Source: Phoronis australis (Eukaryota; Animalia; Phoronida). Taken from it: 64,000 nucleotides of DNA. Under the pieces are notes generated by a model. It saw nothing but the letters and a program-made list of their open reading frames with translations, had not been told where the DNA came from and did not search any database. The DNA lies in assembly GCA_002633005.1 (NCBI GenBank), contig NMRA01000543.1:149188-213187 (forward strand). The letters are read 5' to 3'. Shown here piece after piece: positions 37,701 through 52,700 of this stretch (position 1 is the first letter of the stretch; each line of letters opens with the position of its first letter). The position numbers and the translations under genes were made by a program.

Positions 37701-40700
37701 CCGCCTCAGGGAAACAAAAACTCTGAAAAGTAAGAAACGAGTGAATGCACAAGTCATAGCTCTAAGTGTACACCGTGAATCTTAATGAAAGGTCCACATT
37801 CTCAAAAATTCGAGTCTCCCATCTTTTAGGCTGGGTGCGCGCATGGTGCCCTTGAGTACCATAGTTTAATTTTGGTGGGGAGAACACTGAAAGTGAAATT
37901 TTGGTAATTTAGTTTTCATGGGAGATAGTTTACACATCTGAAACAATGCTTTGCTGTGTTCAAGCTCTGCACTATAGCTATGAGTAGACAATGTTTTTGA
38001 AGAACTGTAGACATCCACAATGCTATAAAAGTAAAAAGTGGTAATTCTAGCTAAATAATTAAAATTACAATTTTATATTTTCCCATTTTTTACTTTTTGA
38101 AAAAATAACATTTTTCGAAATTGGTGAGAATTTAATGTAATATGTTGGGAATTTGTACAAATCTGTGGTTATCTTCTGAGAAAAATTTTAGCCTCAATTT
38201 CAATTCTCTTGACTTATTTAAAAGTATGCTTGCAACATTAGAAAAGTCCCCTGAATGGCCAAGCGAAAGGCACTCTTCTTATCTATACATTTACTTCCAT
38301 TGCCCAAGACTGCATTCATTGTCGTGTTTTTGATTTTTTCTTCAGTTGTAGTGAATACAAAAATGAGTTGTAGGCCTTTCGCGTTAACATTCACTGTTCT
38401 ATTGACTCAGGCTTTCCAAATAGTGGCTAGGAGAACAGGAAGTAGCATTAAAAATGTCTCTTCAAGGTAGCCGGGATTTTGTATTATAATGAAGGCAACG
38501 TCAAAAATGACGACCGGATAAAATGAGACAGAGTGGTAAAACATTTTCAAATGTGGTAAAAACTAAAAACACCAGATTTCAAGATTTTCGAGCCTTTTGT
38601 TCCAGTTGTCTTTACACCTGCTCGCATTAAGCTTAAAAGGTCATGTTTTTAACAAATAATTTCACTGGGTTTTTAAAATTGTCTTTACCATTTGCTAGGT
38701 CATAGCATCAAGAGTGCTGGTTTTCCTGTTTAATACCTCGTAACAATGTTTTAAGTGCGCAAAACTGAATACATCATCGGAACCATGTGAATTTGAACGT
38801 TTATGAGATAGAAGTAACACGAGATCGGCTCCTCATTTTGTAGATGGAAGAAAAAATTTGGTTCCAGTGACAGAGGTACAAGGAGAAAGAAGTTAGAATC
38901 GCAGGAACGATTCAAGTCTGATCCTGATCTTATTAGAACCAGTGCACTTTATGACGACATTGATCTGGTAATCGTAGTGAAATGATATTGTTTTGTATGA
39001 ATGTGTAAATCTTAAGCCAGCATGTTTAATGTAGGCCGCAAACATTTATAAGTCTGGCCAGCATGCCACCTGTTGGCCACATGTCCTGACGTAATGAACA
39101 CAAGTCTTATGTGATGTGATGTGGCCAACATATCGCGTGCTGACCAAACTTAATGAAAGATAATTAGCACATAATAAATGGCATATAATTTTAAAAATCT
39201 AAGCCATACCTACCTTCAGACAATGTTTCTGAGAACTGGTGGACATTTAAAACATTGTTCAAAGTTTATAAAAACTGAAAAACGACCAATTTTGGGAATC
39301 AGTTTTGTCCGAAATTGGTGAGGTTGCACTGCATTCTGACATTGGTCTTAAATTGTTCCTTACTTAGATTTAAGAAGTTATTTTTGGGTATGGGAAGGAC
39401 TGACATTACGTAATTGCTTGAGACCAGACTTTCCTTGTGGGTCACATGATGTCTGAACTGTCAGAGTTATGCCAATGCCCAGAAATCACTTCTAAGCTGG
39501 GTAAGGAACATGTTAAGACTTGGTTTACATGTGGTATAGACCCAGGGGGGGGGGGGTCACTCATATTAACATAGTGCCCGCATTCGTGTGCCAAAAATTG
39601 CAAATCCAATAGGCCCCCAAATTTCCATTCAAAAGGGGGTAAGGCGGGGGAACTAGCAGACCTGGCGCCCGCAGGTCTCTCAACAATTTTTGGCACACCC
39701 CTGCGAGCACCTCGTCAATATGAGTGACCCCTGGGGTGTATAAATAAAAATATTGTCTCTGTGCAGTTGCATAGTAGCTTTAAAATAATAGGACACCTTT
39801 GTTACCAAGGATCGAATTTCGTAAATAACTTTCCAAGCATCAATAGCAAACCTGTAAAACTTTATTATCGAAATCCTTAATGATCACAGAATCTTTTTTA
39901 TGCACAAACATAATGCTCAGATGTTCATAATCATGTGACTATATTTTAAAAAAATATTTTTCACCGAGATCTCTGTAATTTCCACATGAAATGTGTTGGG
40001 CGGAAAAATGTACACTGGTCAACTGTTAATTCTTTAAAGTTGTTTAAAAAATTTGTCCTTGGTAACGAAGGTGTCCTATGTGTCCTATTACCTTATAATT
40101 GTTATCTCTGCAGCTTCAAGATTCTGCAATGAATAGAGGTGACGGTAGGCGGGAAACTGTCAGCAGTGGAGGTGAATATGAAGAGATCGACGACCCACCA
40201 GTGAGGCCCAGTTTGGCCAGGTCAACAGAGAACATTGCACTTCCTTATGCCAGGTCACCAACAGCACCTAAACTGTTGGAGAAAGTTAGGACTAAAGTTG
40301 GAAAGACTATGGACAAGGCAAAAAATAGGTTTTTCACGTCGTCGCAGGCTTCTGTAGTGCCCAAGGGCTCTTCACCCACAAATCGTGCATCGCCAGTCGG
40401 GAGTCCAAACTTCCGTAGCAAGGAAATCTCCCCACCAATTCCAGAAAAGCCCACGTCCGTTAGTGGACATGTTGTTAAGGTTACACCTGGGATGAGAAGT
40501 TCTTCGTCGGACCCGGTGATACAAAATATGACGAGTAGACCCATTCTAAACAAGCAGATTAGCGACAACTTTCCATGCTATCCCCCGCCACCTCCTCCGA
40601 CTGATCAAGAAGCGGTTGGAAGCTCTTGTGAGGATGTTCTACCTCCAGTGCCCCCTAGGGGATCAAGCCGGGAGATGGACAGCCTTGATGAAAGGTATGG

Positions 40701-43700
40701 TGTTATGGCCTGTGTAGACTGTATTCGGCTCATGTCAGCACGTGTTGCTTGACTTTGGGATGCAAAATAGCTAACCCTTTATTGACTACGTACTGAAAAG
40801 TTGCCGTTTGTGTCAAAAACGTGGCTATTTAAGTGAATTAGTTTTTCACTGTTCTGTTTCACATTACTTTAAATTCTATTCACAATTTTCTGTTCTTGTA
40901 TAGTATCTGGTTACATTCATCTGAAGTCAAAACTGAAACGTTTTAAAATGTAGACTTAGGTGTAGACATTTTTTTTTTGGTGTTCCTTGCCTATTTTTGA
41001 GATGAGTAACCAAAAGTGTGACATATGTTTCAGTATCAATGCTCTACAGCGGCATGTCCCACAGACCTTACACACTGAGGACCCCATGGCACGGTGTGAA
41101 AGTGAGTACCTTAATTATTCACTCTTCATTTAAAGGCACACGATCAATTGAAAGGCTGAAAAAGGCACTTTGGAGTTTGTTGTTGGATGTAGTTGTCTTC
41201 TTGATAGCTTTGGCGAAAGTTATAAAACAGCAAAATCTGTTGTTTGTTGGTTTTAATACAGTCAAACCATCAGTTCTTGCTATTGGCTGTTGGTCATTCA
41301 CTGAAATCCAAGCCACTGACTTTGTTTGTTAAACTCAATTAAAATATTTGTCTACTTGCCAAGTGGAGTTTATTTCCACTAGCAGAGATAGCTGAGGTTG
41401 TGAGTTTGAGTTTTTAGGTTGATTTAAAAAACACGTTTCTCGTCGCTACGGGGAAATTCAAGCTGAAAATGAATTTATATTCTTGATTTTGAAGATTGGG
41501 GCACAGTAAATTTTGGCAAATATCAGGCATCACATTTTGGCATCAATGCAGTCTGAAAATAGATTTGGCAGATCATAAAATGAAAAATAGCTGCCAACAC
41601 AACCTTTTCGTGTGTCTTCATATTGTGGAGAATGATCATTTGTCATTGATCGTAATTCTTGCATTTGGGATGCCCAATATTGTCTGTTTCTAAAATTTGG
41701 TACACATTCAGACCTTGGGCAAAATAGTTAATTTTCACTCCCAAACTGGAGAATTTTTAATGTAAATAAGACATGTATGACTAAAGGCACAGCAAATATT
41801 AGCATATTACACCATTCTATTCTTATTCAAGAACTGATATGTTTGTTGTAGGTTTGGAGGAAATCGATACTGTTGGGAAAGATGACGTACAAGGTATACA
41901 GACTTTGCTGAATTTCATTTATGACTGGTTGTGTTAAAGACATGACCAGGGAAGTTGTCTTTAACTATCAGCTCATTTGGTTTCAATTGCCACTGTGCAC
42001 AGACAAATTTTTACGTACATGTTAGTGTTTGCATATCCTTTCGCCGGCATCCGTTATCAAACTGATATTGTGCGCCAGCCCAATGCAATGTTATTTGAGA
42101 ATGGATGGTGATAAGACATGGGAGGGCGCACCACTGAAAAAAGTGTGGACTATAGCCCCCCAGCCTCCCTGTGGTACATCAGCCATAAACCATGAGCGGC
42201 GCATCACTGAAAAAAGTGGGGGGCTTTAGCCCCCCACCCCCGTATGGTAAATAAATCCACCTCGCTATAAACCCACCCCCATTTTTGGATCTCCCCAATT
42301 ACAAGCCGATGTACTTATACCTTATTAAATTGATTATTTTATTTATTTTTAATGACTAACTGTAACTTTGTTAGTTTGCAGAAAAATGCCTTCAATAACT
42401 TGGCGTTAGTTTTCTTGACCGTTTTCAACCAGTTTTGCTGTAACACTTTGACTAACGTTGAATCACGAATTAATGAGAAACTCAAAATATGGAAAACCAT
42501 TTGAAAAAATAATTACCATCTGAAATAATAACATCTTTGTAATAAATATTTTATTGAAATATTTATTTTGTACTTGGTAGATTTATTTTTTGATTTTATT
42601 CATAATTATTTTATACTTAGTAAATTTAATTATAAAAATATTAAAATAATGTATTAATAAAATATTTCTAGAATAAAAACAAAATTTATTAATCTATTTA
42701 TTTTATCTCTAAATAATAATGAATAGTTGATTAATATATTTATTTTTTATGAATCTACTAGCCATTTTATTTAGAAAATCGTCTGGTAGATATAATGTAC
42801 AAAAATTATTAAAACCAGTAGGGGAAGTTCGGGGAAATTTGGACAAAACCACCTAGCTCGACTTGCTTACCTGCTACTGAAGGTTTATGTGTCAGCTAAT
42901 AACATTAGACGAGTAGCGGGATATCTGAAAATCGTTTGAGAAACCAACCAATAAGATTCTCTGTTACTAGGTCAGTTTCAATGCCTTTGAATTTTAAGAA
43001 TAACTATGGTCAAAATCGGGGAAATTCGGATGCAGGTGGTGAAAGTCGGACAGAGTGTCGGGGAAATTAGGACCAGAAAATTCTGAGTAGGTAAAACTCG
43101 GACAAAATACATAACAGTACCTTATGATTTCAAAAAATGAATTTACGTATGATTTAGCAGTCTTATCATCAGACGAATAATAAGATTTAAGAAGTCACCA
43201 TGTCCTGGCCACATAAACAACGTAAAAGTACGTCCGCCCTTACCAATTTGTGTGCAGCCCATGTGGTAAACAGCGCCATTGTTGTTGACAAATTAAGTGT
43301 TGGATTGACCTCTTAACACAGGAGGTCATTACGTGGTTACGAAAATCTCTCAAGAAAACGTCAAGAAAAGAGTCTAGTAGCCTAAAAACATGGGTGTCCG
43401 AATTTCCCCGCAGCATACAAAAAGTTGGAGGGGAAATTTGGACACCAATTTTTTGATTAAATCATGCTTTTTTGTAAGTTTTTCTACTGGAATTAACACA
43501 TAAAACTGCATGGTGATGAATTATGCATCAGGTAAATTCAAGTTCATTTACATGACAAGTGACCAAGTGACCTAAGTAAAACTTGGAAAAGACAGTGTAC
43601 CTAGCGCAGACTTTTGAAATCACCACGCGAAGCAGACGGCAGAGCGACATAAGGTGCTGAATATGCCTCGTGTTGAAACTTTGTTGTAATTCAAGTGAGG

Positions 43701-46700
43701 TGATAAATAAATTCCTATTATTGTTCAAAGAAGTGAGTAGTCTTTTCATTTAGTGGTAAGGCATCTTGATTGTTAATATATTTGACGTTTATTTAGACTT
43801 GTTCGAATTTTACCGCCGTCTGTCAGAGTTTCCCCGAACTACCCCTACCTGATGCCACTTGAAATGTTAGATGTTCTGGTCTGCCTGACAACGTTGTTTT
43901 CTTACCGCTAATCTACAAAGTGATGTGCTTTTGAACTTGTTTAATTTCAGTAAGGGAATCCTATTTACACATTCCATTGAGTTACGCACACGACGGAGAA
44001 GAAGCTTACTCTGAAGTGGTCATGGGCGTCACCCGACCGTAAGTTCAGTTATTGCCTCTGTAGAGGCTATTGTGTATGTTGGCTGTGCAAATTTCCATTG
44101 GTGCTAAACACAGCACTAGCTTCTGCAGATTTGAGCTTTCTCATGCACTCAGAAAGACACATGCTCTTGTATGGGCACTCGGTGAAACAGCTGCCTGATA
44201 TTCATTGCGGAGATGAAGAGAACATAAATACACGAATACATACTTGGTGCGAAACGTGAAAAAAGTACAATCATGTGTATTTTCAGGTTAGTTGTTTTAG
44301 ATTTATCTCCCCTGATGATCAAACATAATTATGTTCCGATTAAAGATCCATGAATAAAATGTATATTATATGTGTATTTAATATGCTCCCTTCATTTTTG
44401 CAATGAATACCGGGAACTGTTTTACTGTTATACAGATGTCTTCATGGCATGGCATTCGAGTATCTTTGGAACAAAATACAACCAGTGAATCAGGCTCACG
44501 TGAGAGATACTAGGTCTTTTGCCAATAGTAATCTCTTACGCAATAAAAGCAAGACTAATTTTGGCAAACACTAATTGTTCTACTTTGGTGCTGTGTTATG
44601 GAACCATCTCAATTAGGGTGTCTACCAGAGTGAATTTAAATCCTGGTATCTGTGTATTGTTTAATTAAGCAATAAGTATTCAAGTCAGTATTACCTCTGC
44701 AATACGTTGTGCAACGATAACACCATCTAGTGTCATTCTCTACAAACTACATGGCTTCGGTGTGAAGTGTTGTCATTTGCATTAGCTAAGGTTGTCCTTT
44801 GGACTATCATACAGTAACATCTAACTAATTTTGGCAAAAGTAGTTTTCAAGAATGCCCTGTTTTAATTTTTAAGGGGTCCTAACATTGTTGCGAATGTCC
44901 ACAATTTTTCAAAGCTACGTTTCATGGTATCTGTGTGACAAAACTTGACCATGGAATATTATTTAATTTTGTTCTAAGTATGTTTTGTGGAAAAAATGAC
45001 AAAACATAATTCCACTTGTGGGCCAATTTTACAGAAAAAATTCACAAAGAAATTTTTGATGAAATGTCATCATGGTTCATTGGTTTGACCATTATAGCTG
45101 GATTTTTGGTGACCATGGCACATTGCTCTTTGCAGAACACTGCGTAAACAAAGCACGGGTGAGTCTGGACACTACGTAGACTGGGGAGATCTGGAGTCTA
45201 CTGAGGACCATCCAGTCACGACTAAAGACAGGGCGAACAGTAGTGAATCAACTAGCAGTGAACCCAATTACCTGGACTTTGTGAGTAAATAATGCTGTTT
45301 TGAGGTTAGGAGTAACCCTTGGCAAATGTCAAAATTTGGCTAACTGCAGAAATCGCATCTTGGAAATGTTTTACATCAGATGTATATCATGTGCCCCATG
45401 TCCTCGCGGAGGTGGATGACGTTTGACGTTTAACTAAAATGAGAGGACCAGCATTAGGTGAACACAAGCGAGAATTCAGGCTTACTTGTGACAGTGTTTG
45501 TGAACTAACTGCAGCATATTTTCACACAACAGTTGTCCGCAAACAACTCTCAGTACTCTTTTGTTGCGGATCCATTGGAAAGAACTGGATGAACATATTT
45601 TTTGTTCGGCTTGTTCTGTTCGGTTTCCTGGTTTTTGTATTTTTTCTGTTATTTTACTTGAAGTTTTTCACATTATATGTTGACAAAATAAACTCGATCA
45701 ATCCATGATCAGAAGTGATGTCATGCAAGTGGTTGCACAATGAATGTGTCTCGAAGCAATTGCAAATTAAAAATTTCAGTATTAGTGTACTGTCTAATGG
45801 ACTATAGTTTGGATTGGTATCTACAATTTCATGCGAGTTGATCAGTGACCAATTCACATTCACTTTAGGTAATTTCTCATCATTCAGTTATTTTTAACAT
45901 TGCCGAATATGTTATAAAATGCATTTTATATTGATTATTTAAAGTTGGTAGATGTTGCTGAGTAAATTTTCTTAATTTTTCAGTCTGACGATGTCAATCT
46001 TGAAAAGATGGTCAGTCGAAAACAAAGATTCCAGTCCCGATTTGTCAAGAAGGTCTCCTTGTATCAGAACTATACAAGAGAAGTGATTGCTCGTAGCTCT
46101 TGGGACACAAAGGGAGAGAATTCATTTGGTGGGTGTTTATATTGCAATGAAAATTAGAAGATATTATGCTACTCTGTATACACGATTCTTGGGATTCGTT
46201 TCAAGAAAAGGACTTTGGTCTTGAGACAGGAATTTGGTTTTAAGCTCCCACTTCAAAAAAGGTTTGCCAAGTAATTATGAGTGCATCACTGTCGAGAAAT
46301 AATTTATAGAAATTATCCCAGTAACTAGCAATGATGTGTTCATTGTCAGAGACTTTGCACTTTTTCGTAATTGTTGCTCTGTCCGGAGCATAGGTTATAC
46401 CAAACTTCTTAAGTCAGTTTACATGAAACATATTCTACCAATTTTGCTTCACAGTTACGGAATTGTTATTAGGGTTTGTTTGAAGTGGAGCAGTATACTT
46501 TCATCTTACTTCGTTGAAAACATGACTAAACTTTTTGTTTGAAGGCTTGATACTGAGTCGCTCGCAGTGTCGGGACAATGTCCTTTTATCAGGTGCGCAG
46601 CTATGCAGTAAAACACTGAGAGACATCACAAAACTAACAAACTAAAAACTCTAGCTGTATTTCGAGACTACATGTCTCATCATCAGGCAATAAGTGGAAT

Positions 46701-49700
46701 GAACATATACGTAGCAAAATAACCTGAAATCCACGTGACCGTGGGAAGAGGGGCATACAAGCAGGAGTGTGAAGGCAACACATGGTAGGAAGCCCACAAC
46801 CCTATGAAGCTTTCAAACAAAAAGTGTAGTCATGTTTTCAATGACGTTTGTGTTAAGGAAGGCTGCTACTGAACACTATACTTTCATTTTAATGAAGAAA
46901 TAAGATTTCAATAGTTACGGTAACAAAAGAAATAATTTTTATATCGGTGACTCTTGGTTTAAGTGTTACTCAGTATAACTAAAAATAGTTTTCATTGTCA
47001 GGACATAATATCACTATTAAGAACTACGATCTTTGTAAATGATGTCTCAATTCTTGTTTTAACAGACGTGGAGGATCCCGAATACTATGAACTACTTGCA
47101 AGCTCTCGAGAAAATTCTTCCGTTTTCGAAGAGCCTATTGAGAAGAAAACGTCAGAAATCAGTACAAGTTGCCCCTCAATAGGTAAAACTCTCCCACATT
47201 AGTTCTTGGTAATTTTTCATATTGCATAATTTTCTGTTCATTTGAATGACACACGGTACCTTTAGGCTTCCCTTGTGCTCTGATTGCTCTATCTTGAAAT
47301 TCCTTGGTACACTTCCAGTGTCTCTTGGGACATGTATTAATTTATTATTAAGTGGAAGTTGCCCTCTGTAAAAAGGGTACAATGCCCGGTTTTGAGTTAT
47401 TAGCAGATGTTAAAAATGACATTTCCGTCTGTGTCTGCGAAACAAAATAATGCTCTGTGACCCCGGACAACCCTCAAAGTTTTCGGGCAAAATTTGAGAA
47501 TTTCTTACAAAGTCTTCTAATCGAGCAGTGGTGACCTGCGCTGTAGGTGAATTACATGACAGCTGTAGGGTATGACCACCCACCAAAAACCATAACATCT
47601 TATCTGTGAAACAGTGTGAAATTTTAGTCAAGTCCTGCTTTAATTAAGTGGGACGTCAATGATGCATTAGCAGATGGCACAAGGAGGATTGGTGGAAATT
47701 ATCAAAACAAGGTTTAGTTTCCTTTTAATTCAGTTTTTCTAATCAAAAGGCTTTTTATTTCCATTACAAGAGCAATGGGTTCCTTGCACTAAGTTAAAGA
47801 TTTAGAAATTATCTGCTTGGAATCATTTACTAGGGAGTAAATATTGTAAATCTGATCTTTTCGTCATTCATGTTGCCAAAAGAGACCTATTCCAAATGTT
47901 TCCGGCATAGTAATTGATTTGCTAATTTTTTCTAGCCCACACTGAAAGGGTGACAGGGTTTATTTTGTTTTAAGTAGGATAGTAACGTTTGATGGTTTCT
48001 CAGTCACAAGCATCTTTATCCGTGCAGGAATAAGAAGTGAATTCTTCACCAAAACGGGCACGGGAATGCGCACCCTCTGGTGTGAGATGCCGGAAGTACA
48101 GAACAGCGGCGTACTCAGCGACCTAGATCCACAAGAGAAGAAAGTTCAAGAGGTAAAAAGTTTTCGAAAATTGATTAATCACTTCATGTTAAATTGGAAG
48201 TTCGTTCTAAGCATGCCATGCGACTAGTCAAGTGGAAAGTTGTTGCTTTGACCACTGTTCACTCACTACTAAAAATTATTTCTTACACTTGCAGTCTGCT
48301 GCAACTTATTAGGCCAAAAAAGCATCGTTGGACTAGTCTGCTTTTTGAAAATCTAGTCGCGGGTGCAATATTTTTAGTATCTAACGTTTTCAAAAAGAAA
48401 ATCAACCTGGGAAGAGCAAAAATAATAAATAATATGGATTTGTCATTTTTTACTTACCATTTGGCAAATATGGGTTTCAAACCTTGCTTTCACATGCTTT
48501 TGTGTAGCTTTTCAAAGAAAACATAAGACCTTGGATGAAATTCATGCATTTTTTTAGTTGGTGAGCGCAGGTCTCAACTAGAACCAACTTTGTTTCTTTT
48601 GGCCTGGTCACATAACCCTAACGTCAGGTCACATGACAATTAATTGTGCACTCTGTCTTGTGTTTTGCCTTTCTCCACTTTTAATGCAGGCAAAATAGTT
48701 TAATATTCCTCACTTATTTCGCACAAGACTATTTGATTATAGTTTTGAGTCTTTCCAAGTTTGCTCAGGGCCAATTTTGTGCATCGGTAATGCAAATAGT
48801 GTTCACGACCTACTGTATTACATTTCAGGCAATGTTTGAAGTGATTACGTCAGAAGCGTCCTACCTGAAAAGTCTGAACGTGTTGGTGGACAACTTCCTG
48901 ATGGCGCCAGAGTTCTCTCAAGAACACTCTGTCAATTGTGTGTTAGACAGACGGAGCAAACACTTCCTTTTCTCCAATCTTCTGGCCGTTAGGGATGTTA
49001 GTGAGAGGTTCGTAGTGAACTTTATACAGGATAGTATATCTAGCATTAGAAAAATATGCGGAGTTATGGCTTACCTTGTTACCTGACCTTTCATTTCTTT
49101 AAGTAAGGTATATATTCTTCAGTTTGGGACACAATTTGGTGAATTTACATTGCGTCAAGTTTCTCAACAAAAATACCTCTTCTGGAAAATTTACTTTGCT
49201 TATAGCATAGTTTGTATGCTGTAGTTAATGGCAAACGACATTTGGTAAAATTTTGAGCACTTGCGACAATGTGGCAAGCCTCTGAAAAATAGAAATTTGG
49301 CAATTTTAGCCATTAGTTTTGTCCCAAAATGAAGATTTTTTACCATTACTTTAAAAGCCGATTTTCAACTCACGCAACCAATTTATGATCTCAGAAAATC
49401 ATTGTGTGCAGAAAAATAATGGTCGCACATTTAAAGTCTAATGATCCTTTTCTGATTTTTCAAGTAGGTAATTGTAACCACCATTAAACATGAAAATTCT
49501 GTTAGCTGTCTAAGATTCCGTACCGAGGTCACTGTGATGGAAAAAACAACTGTCAAAGATCTAAACCATAAATTTTCACGAAGTCTTTTAAAAGCCAAGA
49601 GCCTTTAGTGTATTGATAAACATGTTGCTTGTCTGATAAGTTTTCTCAAATTATAGAACTATGCCTTTAAGACTAATTTATGGTTCCTTTCCCTGTAGAC

Positions 49701-52700
49701 TTCTGTTTGACCTGGAGACACGTTGGCAAGAGTCTACCAACTTCCTGCTGGAGAATGTCTGTGACATCCTCTACACACACGCCTCGGAGACTTTTGAGTG
49801 CTATGTAAAGTACTGCTCCAATCAAGTTTACCAGGAGAGAACTCTCAAGGAACTGATGTATGTATTACCGTATAGGCACACCGCGGCCTCGTGTCCATAC
49901 CCAAAATAAGGCAGTTTGCAAAAAAAGTCTGGGGTTGTCGTAAAATGGGTTTGTTTGTGTTTTATGTCTTTTTTCAATACTTTTCAATAGTTAATGTTGA
50001 ATGTTACAAATGCCAATTTTACCATTTTGTAAGGGATAAGTAAAATTTAATGTCTTAAAAATTTTCTCCAATTTTACTTAAGTGTTTCACAAATAGCAAC
50101 AGCTTCAAATTTTGGCTCATGTGTGGGCTGAACATATGCCTGTGTGTTGTGTCTCTTTATACCTAGACGCATAGCCCATATACAAAGATACAAAATGTGA
50201 CGAAAGTACCAAAAATTGTCCAATGCCATTTGATACGTTGGCACCAACAGGATCTCTGCATGCTAAACTGTCGGTGTTTATTGAATTTCGTAATTATGTC
50301 TTTAAAACTTAGATTAAATACATTTTGTGCTCGTATACTTTGTCTATTTTTTTCTTATTAGACCTTTTGTCAAGTATTTTCATTTTCATATAATGTGTCT
50401 TGAAATTGAATTCTCAACAATGTTTATTTTTAATTTTGTTTATTTTGGTGAATGTCACTAAAGATTTTAATACTAAGTGGCCGCTGGGGCCTATGTCATC
50501 ACTAAAATGTCACAATTTTTGACACAAAGTCTAAACGGATTATTACGAGTCGTGTGGGCAGCTATTTCCGACAATTTTATTCTTTCGTTCGTTCATACAT
50601 AATGCAGTGTACAGTACTTGGGAAATACGATGAACGCCAAAATTGCCCATGTCCCAATATTCAGAATCAAGAAATTAAATTTGTCTTGTGTCCCAAACTT
50701 TAGAAACTCTCCAACTGGAGCATTTTGACAGTATGTTCGTGGTTAAGTCGTGTTTGTACAATACATTTGTGTCATTGTCGCAAATCTCAATCCCCATACT
50801 GTAAGAGAACAATATTAATAAGCTAATAGTGCCATTTCTGATGACATGTACTCAAGTAAGACAACTACACACTTGAGATTAAACATTTAATTCACTGTCT
50901 TATTTTGTCTTAGGAAAAACCAAGACTTTTTAGAAGCCCGTCTCAAGCTCGAGGCAAACCCTGAATGCCAGGGTCTTAACATGACTTCGTTCTTACTGCT
51001 GCCAATGCAGAGGATCACGAGGCTCCCCCTTTTGATTGACGCTATCTGTCACAGACTTGACCCAGAGAAAGAGATGGAGAGACATCAGTCGGCAATGAAT
51101 GCGCTTGTAATACTCAAAAAAGTAAGTTGAAGTTTGTAGTATATTGAATAGGAGAATTGATATCTCCGTAGTGGACAAACTGTCATAAACTTGTATTGAA
51201 CACTACATTTGTCAACTTGATATTGAATAAAGCTTCAGGACCCCCATTCTGATAACAGTATAACCATACAAGATAATGTGTGTTAACTTGCCCTATTTCA
51301 CACCTTGATTGTTGAGACAGCACCAAATGAATATTAAAATGTTCGACACTTGCTTTGTGTGAAATGAGATGTCCCAAAGTAATGGTCATTTATATAAACA
51401 ATATTGTTCATTCCTATGTTGCTGCAGATTGTTAAAGAGTGCAATGATGGTGCAAAGAAGATGGCGCAGACGGAAGAGATGTGCTTGATTGACAGACAAC
51501 TAGTGTTTAAGGAACCAATCAAAGTAGGTTTTTATGTGAGACGTTTTTAATGTGCATACAATTTTATAAAGAGCCAATCAAACTAGGTTGTTATGAAAGA
51601 TGTGTTTGATTGACAGAGACCTTGTGTTCAAGGAACCAATCAAAATAGGTTGTTTTGAGATATGTGCTTGATGGAAAGACATTTTGGATGAAAAGTAATA
51701 GCAGGCCTTAAGATGTGTGTGTAATTGATTTCAATATGTTTTTAGAAAATATGGGTTTCTTTGACATGCAGATAGGTGACGCAAAAACTTTAAGGCTCAT
51801 TTTCTATGTAGTGTGTTGAATGCAAGATAAATTTAACTGGTGAACACTCTTTGTACTGTTTAATGAGGGTTTGCATAATTTTGGGTGTTTGCAAAGCTTG
51901 TGACATCTGTGGCGGCGGTTTTTTATGCCTCACTTTTCTAGAAATTAAGTATGTTTAAGTGTGGTAGAAAAGGAAGGTGTAGTTTTCTACTTTTAAGTAC
52001 TAGAAAATGCTCCACTTAGGAAACTTACTATTCTGTCATCTTGAGGTCTAGAAAGTATATTCTGTGTAGTTTCATTTCTATGAAAATAATGTATGTCGTT
52101 ATAGTATTTAGAAATAATGGCTGCATTTGATTGTCTTCGCTGGTTCTTGTAGGTCAAGAGGCTAAGACATCTGATTGGTGTGCAAGCCAAAAATCGTCAT
52201 CCAGAACCTATTAGATGTCTTAGCCATGTGACCTGGTGGATCAATCAAGTCTACCCATTGTAAATGATATTTCAAAGATACATAGTCTCATTAAATTGTG
52301 AATATGCTAATGAAGTACTAATTTACAAACATCCTCGGGTCATCCAGTGTACCTAAAACCATCCGAAAACCAATTAAAATTACAATCTCACCAAATTCTC
52401 ATTTTGAAAGACTGTTTTATGTATTAAGTATGGTAATATTTCATTGTTACCCTAATGGAACAAGGCACAGTTTTTATTATTTGTTTATTTCACTACCACA
52501 TAACGATTGCGTAATTTTGGAATTCTAGGGTTTTATATTTTCACACTTGTTTTTAAGTGTATCAGTTGTATTGTTTTCTTTGAAACCACAAATTTACTTA
52601 CAAATTGTTCCTTTTCCTGATTAAACTAGTACACAAAGTTCTCCAAGAAGTCACTCGGTGCTACAAATGTAAATATTCACAGTTTTAATGAGACATAGCA

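Noticed and set aside
42520-42810. Extremely AT-rich tract as an organelle-derived insert
   Set aside because: Low complexity, with no recognisable mitochondrial gene or tRNA.
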